A stretch of DNA of 64,000 nt from assembly GCA_945865405.1 (NCBI GenBank), contig CAMBDS010000011.1:3333-67332 (forward strand), in the 5' to 3' direction. The notes below the pieces were generated by a model. The model worked only from the letters and a program-made list of their open reading frames with translations, was not told where the DNA came from and ran no database searches. The stretch comes from Caldithrix abyssi DSM 13497 (GTDB lineage Bacteria; Electryoneota; AABM5-125-24; Hatepunaeales; Hatepunaeaceae). Position numbers and translations under genes: made by a program. Shown here piece after piece: positions 30,387 through 40,540 of the stretch. Position 1 is the first letter of the stretch; every line of letters starts with the position of its first letter.

Positions 30387-31607
30387 CTATCGCCACTCGA
30401 ATCCGAACTCTATTTTGGAACCACCTTCCTCAACAATATACTCATCATTGTAGCCCTGCTCCAATTTTAAGCTGTTGATTCCGAAGAATATTCGCCCTAT
30501 CAGTCTTGTATTGGAGCCAAACAAATCCATTTCAAGAATTTCAATATAATATTGTTTGCTCCAGTTCTCGAAAGGGAAGTTGAATCCAGGGATATCTCCC
30601 CAATCAAGGGGAATTTGTTCCGGAAGAATATCTGCCTTGACGGTATTTGTAATGAAATGAAAGTCACCCGATGGATCGAATAGTACTAGCCACACATCAG
30701 GCCCGTTACCAAGATCCCACGGATTCCCCATCTGATCTGTAAACGGCAGTTCTATCACCTTAAATCTCACCAACGAAACATTTGGTGGGGTTATCGCAAG
30801 TATCTTGGTAATTGTATCTGACTTCGCCGTCCAACTATTTCGCACTGCCAGAGATATTGGATAATTACCGGGTCGATCGTAAGTCAATTGTACTTTCATA
30901 TCGGTGTCCATCCATGAATTGGCGACCTTCCAGGATGTTTGATTCGCGTTTATCGAGAGGTCATTCAGTGTAATGGTGGAATTTATGATGGTCTCTCCTG
31001 ACCAATCAAAATCTGCAACCGGATCGCCCCAGGCAACAGAGATTGTCCTCACTAAACTCCTTGACCGATGAGTAATCGAATTTGTACCGGTCAACTTCAC
31101 CTGATAATCACCACCCTTTTCAAAAACGTGAATCGGGTTAAGACTGTTTGACGTGTCACCATCTCCGAATTCCCAAAGGAATGCATCAGCATTTGTTGAT
31201 AAATTCGAGAATTGAATTACTGTCGGACTGACCGTTTCTCCACTCCATTTGAAATCGACTTCTGGTGGTGATCCTTCTATTGTAAGCGTTTGTCCAACTA
31301 AGTGTGACTCTCCAGTACTCGATTGAGTCGCTTTCAAGATCACCGTGCAAGAGATTGGTTCGAGGTAAAAATGTTGCGGACTTTTCTCAGCCGATGTCGT
31401 CCCGTCGCCAAAGTTCCAGTAAAATTGATCTGCATTTGTGGAAATGTTCTCGAAGATGATCGTGGCAGGAGCAATAACGTCACCCGACCAATTGAATGCG
31501 GCTTCGGGATCGGGTGAAGACGAGGCAGGATTTTCTTTGTCACAGCCTGATAATGTCATCAGGAGGAATAGAACTGATGTTAGTTGCCAAACAGGGAATC
31601 TTTGCAT
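30387..31607 (-). CDS. Lipoprotein with three PKD domains and a C-terminal C2-like domain
   Basis: Lipobox LSGC; repeats F.N.STNAD.F.W.FGDG; C-terminus WDLGNGPDVW. Confidence 0.82.
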   Translation of the reverse strand: MQRFPVWQLTSVLFLLMTLSGCDKENPASSSPDPEAAFNWSGDVIAPATIIFENISTNADQFYWNFGDGTTSAEKSPQHFYLEPISCTVILKATQSSTGESHLVGQTLTIEGSPPEVDFKWSGETVSPTVIQFSNLSTNADAFLWEFGDGDTSNSLNPIHVFEKGGDYQVKLTGTNSITHRSRSLVRTISVAWGDPVADFDWSGETIINSTITLNDLSINANQTSWKVANSWMDTDMKVQLTYDRPGNYPISLAVRNSWTAKSDTITKILAITPPNVSLVRFKVIELPFTDQMGNPWDLGNGPDVWLVLFDPSGDFHFITNTVKADILPEQIPLDWGDIPGFNFPFENWSKQYYIEILEMDLFGSNTRLIGRIFFGINSLKLEQGYNDEYIVEEGGSKIEFGFEWR

Positions 31608-31694
31608 TGGAGTACTCGTTCTGTATTGTGTTCAAATTTGCTTAGTCTTATCTTTTTCAACAAATCACCTGAAAGACAAGCGATTTCACCTGAA

Positions 31695-32444
31695 TCACTC
31701 CCACCTAATCACAATTCTCACTTCCGTCGAGTCGCCACGCATTGTGAAACTTCGCCTATACCCCCCCTGGTCTATCAAATCCCTTACTCTGAACGAAACA
31801 CTGCCGATCAACTCTTGGTATCGGGACGATGAACGATCATCGTCCTTGTCCATAAGATCAATCCGGTAGAGGAAATCCCACTCTCGAAGCAATTCTCCGG
31901 GATAGGCGTACTTCCAACTGATAGGCAATTGTTCGGGACGCAAATCCTCAGTGCGATATTGAAAAGACGAAGATTCGTAGGCACCGTTAGGCTTATATAC
32001 AATATAGTAAAGATCAGGTCCGGTCAGGTCGTCCCACGAAGAACCTCTCGGATTACGAAACGGGATCTGCCCGACTATCACGCTGTCCAGCAGGAAACGA
32101 CTCGGCATTATAGTGAGGGTACGGGTGAGGCTATCGACGCGACCTGTCGATTCATCGGATGCAATCAGCGTCACATTGTGGACGCCGGAACTCCCAAAAC
32201 TATAGACTGGATCGCTGGTAGGGGAGGTCAATCCGCCCGGAAAACGCCAAAGGAAGCGATCAGCGTTGGCGGATAAATTGTGGAAGGAAATGGCGGTAGG
32301 TCCGCGACCTTCATCGCTCCATGTGAAGTCGGCAACTGGTCGATCATTCTTGCGGGTGTCGGTAACTCCGCAACCGATCAAAGTGAAAACTACCAGTGCT
32401 AAAACAACTACATCCGAAGCTCTTGAAAACAAGTATCTTGACAT
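31695..32444 (-). CDS. Lipoprotein with one PKD domain and a C-terminal C2-like domain
   Basis: Lipobox LIGC; PVADFTW...FHNLSANADRFLWRF; C-terminus WDDLTGPDLYY...IDLMDKD. Confidence 0.8.
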   Translation of the reverse strand: MSRYLFSRASDVVVLALVVFTLIGCGVTDTRKNDRPVADFTWSDEGRGPTAISFHNLSANADRFLWRFPGGLTSPTSDPVYSFGSSGVHNVTLIASDESTGRVDSLTRTLTIMPSRFLLDSVIVGQIPFRNPRGSSWDDLTGPDLYYIVYKPNGAYESSSFQYRTEDLRPEQLPISWKYAYPGELLREWDFLYRIDLMDKDDDRSSSRYQELIGSVSFRVRDLIDQGGYRRSFTMRGDSTEVRIVIRWE

Positions 32445-32554
32445 AAAACCCTTCTCACAATCTGCTATTTATGAGGCAACTTGATCTTTTCACTTATAAC
32501 AAACAGATTTAGTTCCGATCAAATCCAAACCTACCTGTCTCGCGATAAGGCACT

Positions 32555-34636
32555 TTACTTTACAAACAGCATCTTTGTCGTCTGCACAAATTGCCCCGTC
32601 TCCATCCTCATAAAGTAGGTTCCAGGCGGAGCTTTCCACCCCGAGCTGCTCATCCCGTCCCATTGAACCTGATAGTCCCCCATCGGCTGAATTGCATTGA
32701 CAATAGTAACAACCTGACGCCCCATCTGGTCGAATATTTTCAATTTAACCTCCGATCCGGATGCTAAACCGTAACGGAATCGAGTGACCGAATTAAACGG
32801 ATTTGGGTAGTTCTGGCTCAGGAAAAACTCGCGTGGAGTCGTTGTCAGCGAAATAGACGTGGTCTCGATTCCCTCGGAGTTCCGATACTTCACATTATAT
32901 GTATAAACATTACCGTCGCCTAAATCGGGAGTATCCTGCCACGAATTCCTGTTGATCCACCCCGAATTGGTATTGGCGGTAATATTTTCAAAATAATAGC
33001 CAGCGAGCCCCACATTATCGTTCAACAGCGAATCGACCCGAAGGATGTTGACACCTTGATTGTCCAACCTGAGCGTGAAATTCGTCGGAGGGTTTGCCAA
33101 CGTCACTGCCTCTACCTGTCCACTAAAGTCTCCAACGTTCCCCGATTTATCGACGAAACGAACGTCGTAGCTATAGTGACTGTTCTCGAGTAATAGACTA
33201 TCGATTACCATAGTAGTTGCCACATACCTTCGCTTTAGAGTCGTCGAGCCGTTCTTTCTGATTTGCCACTGAAAAAGCCCGGATTCTGTTTCCGTAACAG
33301 TAATAGGTTTAGTGATTTCGATAGTTGATGAGGTTACTTCGCCAATGGTTGGCAAACCAACAAGTGCAGGAGCTGTCACGTCAAGGCTATTATCGAATAT
33401 CAACACCCTGCTGTTGCCGTTATCGGTCACTACAAATTGATCGTCAGTAAACGCTATATGGGCGAGGAACTCGTCAAAAGTGTTATTCAACAACTGTCCT
33501 GCAGAAGAAGGAATCCCAGTTTCGAAGTCTGGTTGCCCTATTACTAAATCGGCGGCTACGTTGTTCTCAGTCGGTATTGAATTATAGACCAGAATTCTGG
33601 CATTTAAGCCATCAACAACCAACAATTTACCGTCGTTATCGACAACGGCACAACGCGGGTGAAACAGGGTATTCGGCCCAATTGGACCGCCTTGATTGGG
33701 GCTATTGCTGAAAAAATCGGGTTGGCCAATTACTATATCAGCAGATGCATTATTAGAAGTAGGAATTTGGTTAAAAATCAACACTCGATGGTTAAGTCTA
33801 TCTGCTACAAATAGCTTTCCATTATAAGTACTTACATTTGGTCCTGTAGATAAATCCAGAGTGTTGGCCGCGGGAGCCCCTCCTCTATTATCCAGATTAT
33901 GGGTAAAATCAGCCTGACCAATCACAACGTCAGCAGCAACTCCGTTTGTTGTGGGGAGTTGATTGTAAATGAGTATGCGGTTGTTATCAGTATCGGAAAC
34001 GATAAGTTTACCTGAAGGAGCATCGTAGGTTATCCCCGTAGGTCCTGATGAAAGTGTGGTATCAGAGACACCAAAACTATCATTGACGCCAGCATCTCCA
34101 AACCAGTAGCTAGTCGTCATACTATCCTGACCAATAACTACATCAGCCGAATCGTTGCTAATAATAGGAAAATCATTATAAATTAAAACTCTGTGGCTAT
34201 CTCTGTCGAGAACAATCAGTTTTTCACCGGCATTCATAACTCCAGAGGGTCGAGCCAAGCTTCTGGCAGATGTGAAGTAATAGCCGTTAATTTTCTGGGT
34301 GAAATCGACTTGGCCGATCACAATCTCTGCGGGTGCGTTGTTGACTACTGGAATTGTGTTGTAAACAAGGACTCTCTCGTTCCGCCCATCAGCAATGAAC
34401 AGCCTGCCGTCAGCAATCCATGACTGTTCAGGCCACATCAGCGTATTGGCGTGTGGAGCCTCCCATGTTGAATCCCAAACTGCGCTGACCCCTTGATTCG
34501 GTTTCCATGAGCTGAAATTAGGTTGACCTATGACAACGCTGGCTCCCATATTCAGTTGGTAGGCGAATAGGGCAGTATGCGGTATTACAAGAAGAGCGGC
34601 GAGAAGTAATTTTCTATTATAAAAGATATTTATCAT
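32555..34636 (-). CDS. Secreted NHL-repeat beta-propeller protein with FN3-like domains and T9SS type A/FlgD-like C-terminal domain
   Basis: Signal peptide; repeats D..N.RVLIYN..P..N...AD.VIGQ.DF; C-terminus LSQNYPNPFN...WDG...GTYF...KMLFVK. Confidence 0.85.
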   Translation of the reverse strand: MINIFYNRKLLLAALLVIPHTALFAYQLNMGASVVIGQPNFSSWKPNQGVSAVWDSTWEAPHANTLMWPEQSWIADGRLFIADGRNERVLVYNTIPVVNNAPAEIVIGQVDFTQKINGYYFTSARSLARPSGVMNAGEKLIVLDRDSHRVLIYNDFPIISNDSADVVIGQDSMTTSYWFGDAGVNDSFGVSDTTLSSGPTGITYDAPSGKLIVSDTDNNRILIYNQLPTTNGVAADVVIGQADFTHNLDNRGGAPAANTLDLSTGPNVSTYNGKLFVADRLNHRVLIFNQIPTSNNASADIVIGQPDFFSNSPNQGGPIGPNTLFHPRCAVVDNDGKLLVVDGLNARILVYNSIPTENNVAADLVIGQPDFETGIPSSAGQLLNNTFDEFLAHIAFTDDQFVVTDNGNSRVLIFDNSLDVTAPALVGLPTIGEVTSSTIEITKPITVTETESGLFQWQIRKNGSTTLKRRYVATTMVIDSLLLENSHYSYDVRFVDKSGNVGDFSGQVEAVTLANPPTNFTLRLDNQGVNILRVDSLLNDNVGLAGYYFENITANTNSGWINRNSWQDTPDLGDGNVYTYNVKYRNSEGIETTSISLTTTPREFFLSQNYPNPFNSVTRFRYGLASGSEVKLKIFDQMGRQVVTIVNAIQPMGDYQVQWDGMSSSGWKAPPGTYFMRMETGQFVQTTKMLFVK

Positions 34637-34785
34637 AAAAATCGCAGAATGTATTACTACTTGGGTTTAAAGAAACTGGTTCTGATGGTATAAAAATATA
34701 AGTATTTCTCCAGACAACTCCAAACGAATTCATTGTCCAAAAGTTTAAATATCGCCTCGCAAAAAGCAAAATTACTATCTTACTA

Positions 34786-34817
34786 ATAAATAAAACCCTC
34801 CGGTTGCCCGAAGGGTT
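34786..34817 (-). terminator. Terminator downstream of tRNA-Leu
   Basis: Minus strand AACCCTTCGG-GCAA-CCGGAGGGTT followed by TTATTTATT. Confidence 0.75.
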
Positions 34818-34856
34818 CATTCCAAACTCAAAACTCTAAACCCAAACTTCCTATCG

Positions 34857-34940
34857 TGCCGAGGGTCGGAATCGAACCGACATGTACTTGCGTACGGTGG
34901 ATTTTGAGTCCACTGCGTCTACCAATTTCACCACCCCGGC
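34857..34940 (-). tRNA. tRNA-Leu (anticodon CAA), CCA not encoded
   Basis: Reverse complement GCCGGGGTGGTGAAATTGGTAGACGCAGTGGACTCAAAATCCACCGTACGCAAGTACATGTCGGTTCGATTCCGACCCTCGGCA folds as a cloverleaf with long variable arm and TTCGA T-loop. Confidence 0.96.
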
Positions 34941-35031
34941 AAAACCACCATACGTCAAAGGTATAACTTCATGCACCTTTACGCAAGCACTAAAGCCAAT
35001 TCCTTATGGAAGTAGCCGGAAAAATTGTCTT

Positions 35032-35274
35032 CTATTTCATGTGAACGTGATGCGACTCAGCAAACATTTTCATTAATGAATATTGAACTGCAAAGAGAAT
35101 CACCGAGCGTGTGAACAGACTTAACATCTGATATAGTGCCGAAATCTCCACTTCTGTACTACTGACTTTCAGATCTGCGCCAGTGTCGAAAAGTAACCAT
35201 AGAAAAATCACCTGAAAGAAAATATGAACAACACTTATTGCTATTCTAAGTTTTTTTCGTGCTTCTCGGCCCAT
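35032..35274 (-). CDS. Small hypothetical membrane protein
   Basis: SD GGAG before ATG, two hydrophobic segments, fills the gap between genes; AT-rich. Confidence 0.45.
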   Translation of the reverse strand: MGREARKKLRIAISVVHIFFQVIFLWLLFDTGADLKVSSTEVEISALYQMLSLFTRSVILFAVQYSLMKMFAESHHVHMK

Positions 35275-35324
35275 TGATTCTTCTCCGTATTCTTAAAATT
35301 AAAAACAATTCTGGATACCCCTTC

Positions 35325-38300
35325 TTATTTGATTAAGTGGAGTGAAATGCGGTGTTTTTGACCGCCTGAGGATATTGTTGCAATATACATGCCCGAGCAC
35401 AGTGCATCTGCTTCGATTGTTAATAAATGTTCTCCCGCACTAATTTCACCTGTCTCAGTGCGAAATAATACTCTTCCTTGCAAATCACTTAGCACAATAT
35501 TGACATTTCCAGCTATTGGCAACCGAACCGGCAGAAAAGTCCTGCCGTTGAAGGGATTGGGAAAATTCGACATTACTTCGAAGCTGTTTGGAATGGTCGT
35601 CTCTTCAGGTAAGGCTTCATTTGCCGGTTGACCAACTCCGGCTCTTATTACCCATTGTCCAACCCCGAACGGAATCCATCCTGTTGCGGTGGTGTAGTAT
35701 AGATTCTTTTCCCCGTCAGGGTGCGATGTATCGACGCCAAAGGCAGGCGCGCTTGGTGTTTCGGGAAGGTAATCGACCACTACCCAAAACGACCCACCAA
35801 GGTCAGGATCGAATTCAAATCGCGGCTGTTGACGACCGGGAAAGTAAAACCGTTGGAAGCCCTCCGTAGCCGATGACGTCACCCTGTAGTGAGCCCCTCC
35901 CTCCATCGGAAAACCGTTATCGTCAGGAGTACACCAGATTTCGAATGGTTGATTACCACGATGTAGTAGATCTATCCAGAAAGTTGAGATTTCTTCCTGA
36001 CCCGGTTCAATCGTAAACTTCGTAGCCAGCCTATTGTCTTCACCGTTAAAAGCGACTATGTAGAAGGCCTCTGCAGTCCCATCATCCATCCGCATCTCTG
36101 CAACGTCAGGATTGGCTCCTAGATAATTCCCCACTCCCGGGCAAATTGGTCCCTCGAAAATTCCGTCATCTTCCAGCACGTACCCTGATAATGAATACTC
36201 AAACCACCCACTCCAATCCCCTCCATTCCGCTCAAATTCCCTATCGACACACCGCTCCTGCCCCGGATCAACGCTCGTCAATAGCTCTCCATTCCGATAA
36301 ATATTAATTCCATCCCATCCCCTGATTGCGGCACTGTCAAGCCCCATTTCGGGGTCCTGCCAGATAAGAACCATCCCGGTTCTATCGCGACCAACCTGTA
36401 GATTCGTCGGAGCAATCGGCGGAACAGTTAGTGTTACTGGTAAATGTATCTGTCCAAACTGGCGGGGCTCGCTGACTATCGAAAACATATCCTGAGGCCA
36501 CCAACCGTGAAAAATCGGGTTGTCGTCATCATCTCTTTTCATGGCAAAGAGGCCGAGACCTATCACCTGCTCCGGTGAATAGACAGCAACTTCTTCATTC
36601 CCATGAAATCCAAGCGGGATCGACATCTCGACTTCGACGCCCGTCTCATGTTCACCGAAAGCCAGAGTCGGATTTTCAAACTGATAATACGGATCAGAAA
36701 TATAGGGCGCTCCTGTAATCGACCGATACCGCATATCCGGTCCGCCATTCCGCCAATATCCCCAGTAATTCCCCTCCGACCCGTCGCGCTTGGTAGTCCA
36801 CATTCCGTCACCGTCATCATCGATGTAAACGCCGAGTCCCATGTTGTTTTCAAGCTCTCGCATGTTTCTATATCTGACCGCCAAATAGAGTCTGTCGTCA
36901 GCATTACTGAAGCCGATCATCGCCTCCACTGTACCCGCTGAGTCGGGTTCGTCATAGCCAAACACATCTGAAATGTCCCGCATCTGAGCTCCTTCCCACT
37001 CGGCAGCATCGATTGTCCCATCAAGGCGGGGAATTCGTTCCAAAGGCTGCAAATCGGCGTCATATATCAAAAAGTCGTCATCGATAAATCCAGTCGCTTC
37101 GGCGGAGTATTCGCTTTCACCCTGTTCAAATACCGCAGTGATTCTGTAATAATAATTATGCTCTGGAAAGAGATTATCCCGATCAATGTAACTGTTCAGA
37201 TCCCCATCGACTGAAGCGAGTAGGCCATAAGGCCCTCCCGCAACTGGTGAGCGATAAATCCTTATCTCAGATGCATCGTCATCCATATCGTCGCGGACAG
37301 GCTCGCCTCCCTGCTCATGTGGCATATCCCAAGGAGTCATTCCGACTTGAGCCGGTTGATCTCCAACTGCAGAGAGTACCCTGTCTCCATTGCCAAATCT
37401 CGCCAATCGCTGCCCGTTATAAGCGTCCCATGCCAATGTTACCCTGTTTCGGCTCCCGTGTGAGGCACGCAGATTAGTCGGTGGATCACCTGCGACACTA
37501 TCGACGAGATTGAAGTTACAGTCGAAGGTCGTATCGTTCGGTACGACTTCAACTGACAACTCCTGATAGCCAACTCCGCGTTTGGAGGCAAACAATGTGA
37601 AATCGTTGCGCTCGGTAGTCTCGACTCTTACTACAAAATTTCCAGTTGCAGTTGTGACCGTACTATACGGATTGCCAAGCACGCCAATAGTCACACCCGG
37701 AACACCAGCTCCCTGCTGTCCGTCCCTCACCCTGCCCGAAACGAATCCGCCCAATAGCGAAAGTTCGACCAGATGCGCCTCACCACCGCGACCAAATACC
37801 CGGTTGTGAGTCGCTTTACCTCCCGCAATAACCCGGTTGCCACTGCCAGATATGCTGACTCCGGCGAGCGAACCGTTCGTCGTCAAAGTATAAAAGGGAG
37901 TGCGACTATGCCTTTCGTGTACCACCAAATCAGGGCGATCATGATTCAAATCTCCCCACGATACTGCAGCTACGATGGTGCCATCGTTATTGAACTGGAT
38001 TGCCGCGATTTCGTCGGCAAACCGGTCGGAAATCCAGAGTGGTTCTCCTTCTCCAAAAGCATCAAAAACAGCAAAACGACCTTCGTAGTGGTCGTCAAAA
38101 AAATCGAGTGTCCCAGCGCCTATCGTCGTCCCGTCCTTCGAGACAGCAACGCTTGTGATCCACGATGAGCTTGCTCCTCGGAAAGTGTAATGCCAAAGCT
38201 CTTCGTATCCCTGCTCAGCACGGGCAAAAACTCTCAACCTGCCAGAAAGTGAACCAGTAACAAGTATTCGTCCGTCACCAGAGACATATACGGCGGATTC

Positions 38301-39104
38301 TGTGTTGTAGGTCGGTTCCTCCCAAATTAATTCCCCTGAAGCAGCATCGACAACGTAGATCTGAAACTTGCCGTTCACCACCCCAACTCGACCATCAGCC
38401 GAAATTTGTGCGCCGTACCAGTTGAAAGCTTCTTGAGCATCGACTTCGAGCGTCCAGAGTCGTTGCCCGTTTGCAGTATTGAACCCCCATGCCCGGTTAA
38501 CCCGACCGTCAGGATCGTTTCCGGTGGCAATCAATCTTTGGCCGTCCGATGAAAGCGCTACCGGGCCGGGGTAATATCCCTCCATACCAAAACGGAAAAA
38601 TGGAACCCCTCGCCCATTCGAGCGAAACAACCAGACCGAATCGAGTGCCGCATAAGCAATAATTTCACCCGTTCGTGACAATGAAACCCACGAGCTACCT
38701 GATCCCACACGATAGGTGAACAGCGTATCTCCCCCAAAGGCATTCCTCACTTCGAGGCGTTCGTCATTCAGAGAATAACCTATGGCAACGATGTTTCCGT
38801 TTTCAGAGATGGCGACCTGTTCAGAGATTCCATTCTGGTCGGATGCTGTCCAGCGCAGACTACCTCGACCGAGGTCTCGATGTGGCGATTCCGAAGGATG
38901 TGTAGATGATGAGTGGAGTTGGAGTAGTCCCGCGCCTTCGGTCACAGTTTTAACATCACGACCATTTAGGGCGCGATATTCAAGTCGTTGTGCCAAAGAG
39001 GAAGAAGGTGAAATTTGAGGGGATGCAATTGCCTGGCATATCGTAAGTAACCCTGATAACAGGGCAAATAGCAGCGAACGGGAGGGAACCATCGTAGTCT
39101 TCAT
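35325..39104 (-). CDS. Large secreted protein: beta-propeller, carboxypeptidase-regulatory-like Ig, FN3, CBM9/DOMON-like and T9SS-type C-terminal domains
   Basis: Start placed at MKTTMV (39104), just after the DnaJ stop; VAISENG/VAVSKDG repeats; GFVSGRVRD; PPTNLRAS; PRLDGTIDAAEW; NFPNPFNG...SGMY...LHLIK. Confidence 0.82.
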   Translation of the reverse strand: MKTTMVPSRSLLFALLSGLLTICQAIASPQISPSSSLAQRLEYRALNGRDVKTVTEGAGLLQLHSSSTHPSESPHRDLGRGSLRWTASDQNGISEQVAISENGNIVAIGYSLNDERLEVRNAFGGDTLFTYRVGSGSSWVSLSRTGEIIAYAALDSVWLFRSNGRGVPFFRFGMEGYYPGPVALSSDGQRLIATGNDPDGRVNRAWGFNTANGQRLWTLEVDAQEAFNWYGAQISADGRVGVVNGKFQIYVVDAASGELIWEEPTYNTESAVYVSGDGRILVTGSLSGRLRVFARAEQGYEELWHYTFRGASSSWITSVAVSKDGTTIGAGTLDFFDDHYEGRFAVFDAFGEGEPLWISDRFADEIAAIQFNNDGTIVAAVSWGDLNHDRPDLVVHERHSRTPFYTLTTNGSLAGVSISGSGNRVIAGGKATHNRVFGRGGEAHLVELSLLGGFVSGRVRDGQQGAGVPGVTIGVLGNPYSTVTTATGNFVVRVETTERNDFTLFASKRGVGYQELSVEVVPNDTTFDCNFNLVDSVAGDPPTNLRASHGSRNRVTLAWDAYNGQRLARFGNGDRVLSAVGDQPAQVGMTPWDMPHEQGGEPVRDDMDDDASEIRIYRSPVAGGPYGLLASVDGDLNSYIDRDNLFPEHNYYYRITAVFEQGESEYSAEATGFIDDDFLIYDADLQPLERIPRLDGTIDAAEWEGAQMRDISDVFGYDEPDSAGTVEAMIGFSNADDRLYLAVRYRNMRELENNMGLGVYIDDDGDGMWTTKRDGSEGNYWGYWRNGGPDMRYRSITGAPYISDPYYQFENPTLAFGEHETGVEVEMSIPLGFHGNEEVAVYSPEQVIGLGLFAMKRDDDDNPIFHGWWPQDMFSIVSEPRQFGQIHLPVTLTVPPIAPTNLQVGRDRTGMVLIWQDPEMGLDSAAIRGWDGINIYRNGELLTSVDPGQERCVDREFERNGGDWSGWFEYSLSGYVLEDDGIFEGPICPGVGNYLGANPDVAEMRMDDGTAEAFYIVAFNGEDNRLATKFTIEPGQEEISTFWIDLLHRGNQPFEIWCTPDDNGFPMEGGAHYRVTSSATEGFQRFYFPGRQQPRFEFDPDLGGSFWVVVDYLPETPSAPAFGVDTSHPDGEKNLYYTTATGWIPFGVGQWVIRAGVGQPANEALPEETTIPNSFEVMSNFPNPFNGRTFLPVRLPIAGNVNIVLSDLQGRVLFRTETGEISAGEHLLTIEADALCSGMYIATISSGGQKHRISLHLIK

Positions 39105-39105
39105 C

Positions 39106-40041
39106 TCAATCTCCCTTGGGAATAAATCCATCTCCGTCAACCGGGGGGCGAAATCCCGGCAACGCCATAAGTTCATCCAAAAGCTGTCGTTCTTTACGTG
39201 AAAGTCGTTTCGGAACGCATAATTCAATCTTAAGATACAGGTCTCCCGCCTGAGAACTGCTAAAAGCAGGCAACCCCTTGCCCGAAATTTTTAATATCCG
39301 TCCATCTGCCATGCGCGGCGGAATCTCCACGGCAGTCGGTACACCGGGAGTTGGAACCACAATTTTTCCACCTTCGATGAACGTATCAAGCCCGATCAAG
39401 GCCCGATAATGGTAATCCCGATCCTTAACCTCTATGTAGCTGTCCGGCTTCAGCAAGATTTCCACGATCAGGTCACCAGAGATATTCCCCGGCGGAAGCC
39501 TATGCCCAAACGTCGCAAACCGTAGCTTACTTCCCGTCCGAACGCCTGGCGGGTAAGTTATTTCAACATTGGTAGTCTTCCGAACGATGCCGTTGGTATT
39601 GCAATGTGAGCAATTTTGATACTTGCTATCAAAGCCACTACCTTCGCATGCAATACAGGGGATTTTCCTCGGAATTTTAAGTTCCCGGTGGCCACCCCGA
39701 ACCGCCTCGCCAATCGTCAGATGCAACCTGACATGAATATCGCGATTAACCTCTCTCGCCGGTTCGCGATGAACCTCCTTCTCGGTACTTTGAGCAGGAG
39801 ATTTCGGTCGGTGGACACCTGCCGTCCGGTCATATCGTCCACGTGCTGCAGGATTGCTTAATATCCGGTAAGCATCGGCAACCTTTTTGAACAATTCTTC
39901 GGAAGTCGGATCTTCCGGATTGGTATCAGGATGGAATCGCTTGGCCATCCTCCTGTATGCGGAGCGAACCTCTTCCTCGGAAGCACCCGGTTCCAAGCCC
40001 AACGTTTCGTAAAGCGGTGGCACATTTGGCTTATTGGTCAC
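39106..40041 (-). CDS. DnaJ-family co-chaperone with a reduced zinc finger
   Basis: J-domain with HPD, only two CxxC motifs (CIACEGSG, CSHCNTNG), DnaJ C-terminal domain. Confidence 0.9.
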   Translation of the reverse strand: MTNKPNVPPLYETLGLEPGASEEEVRSAYRRMAKRFHPDTNPEDPTSEELFKKVADAYRILSNPAARGRYDRTAGVHRPKSPAQSTEKEVHREPAREVNRDIHVRLHLTIGEAVRGGHRELKIPRKIPCIACEGSGFDSKYQNCSHCNTNGIVRKTTNVEITYPPGVRTGSKLRFATFGHRLPPGNISGDLIVEILLKPDSYIEVKDRDYHYRALIGLDTFIEGGKIVVPTPGVPTAVEIPPRMADGRILKISGKGLPAFSSSQAGDLYLKIELCVPKRLSRKERQLLDELMALPGFRPPVDGDGFIPKGD

Positions 40042-40109
40042 CGCTACCCCGATTAGTGAAATAACCGTATAGACTCGACTCTAAACCAACTACACCTCTG
40101 CCAGTTCCG

Positions 40110-40520
40110 TTAGACGTTGTCGTCCCCGTGCGCAGGTGATGGGTCTGACTTCGGCTTTCCTTTGTTAATGCCGAACTTGCTAAGAATTCCCGGCACCGAC
40201 TCCAATATGGAGTCTAATGTCCCTTTCCCAGTAGAGACAAATCTGATGTCGCTACCGTCAAGGACAATAAAGCCCATCGGTGTGATGCTCGCCCCACCGC
40301 CACCACCACCACCCGATCCGCCGGCACTCTTGCCAGTGCCTTTGGCATCGCCACCCATTCCTTCGCCAGCTCCAGCGGCGAAGCCTATCGACACCTTCAC
40401 AACAGGTAGTAGCGTCAATTCTCCAGCCGTGACAGGTTGACCGACAACCGTCTCGGTGCTCGCCAATGTCTTCAGGCGACTTAAAATTGTGTCAAGAATT
40501 TCTTGGGCATTATTTGCCAT
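40110..40520 (-). CDS. GerW/YtfJ family protein
   Basis: TETVVGQPV, LLPVVKVSIGFAAGAG, GGGGGASITPMGFIV. Confidence 0.88.
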   Translation of the reverse strand: MANNAQEILDTILSRLKTLASTETVVGQPVTAGELTLLPVVKVSIGFAAGAGEGMGGDAKGTGKSAGGSGGGGGGGASITPMGFIVLDGSDIRFVSTGKGTLDSILESVPGILSKFGINKGKPKSDPSPAHGDDNV

Positions 40521-40540
40521 AATGTAATTTCGCGTCCTTT

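Noticed and set aside
34821-34850. Short AAACTC/AAACCC-like runs beside the tRNA
   Set aside because: Low-complexity sequence with no repeat-spacer periodicity, so not a CRISPR array.
39105-39227. Upstream extension of the 1300-aa ORF
   Set aside because: It overlaps the DnaJ gene; the signal peptide begins at MKTTMV (39104).
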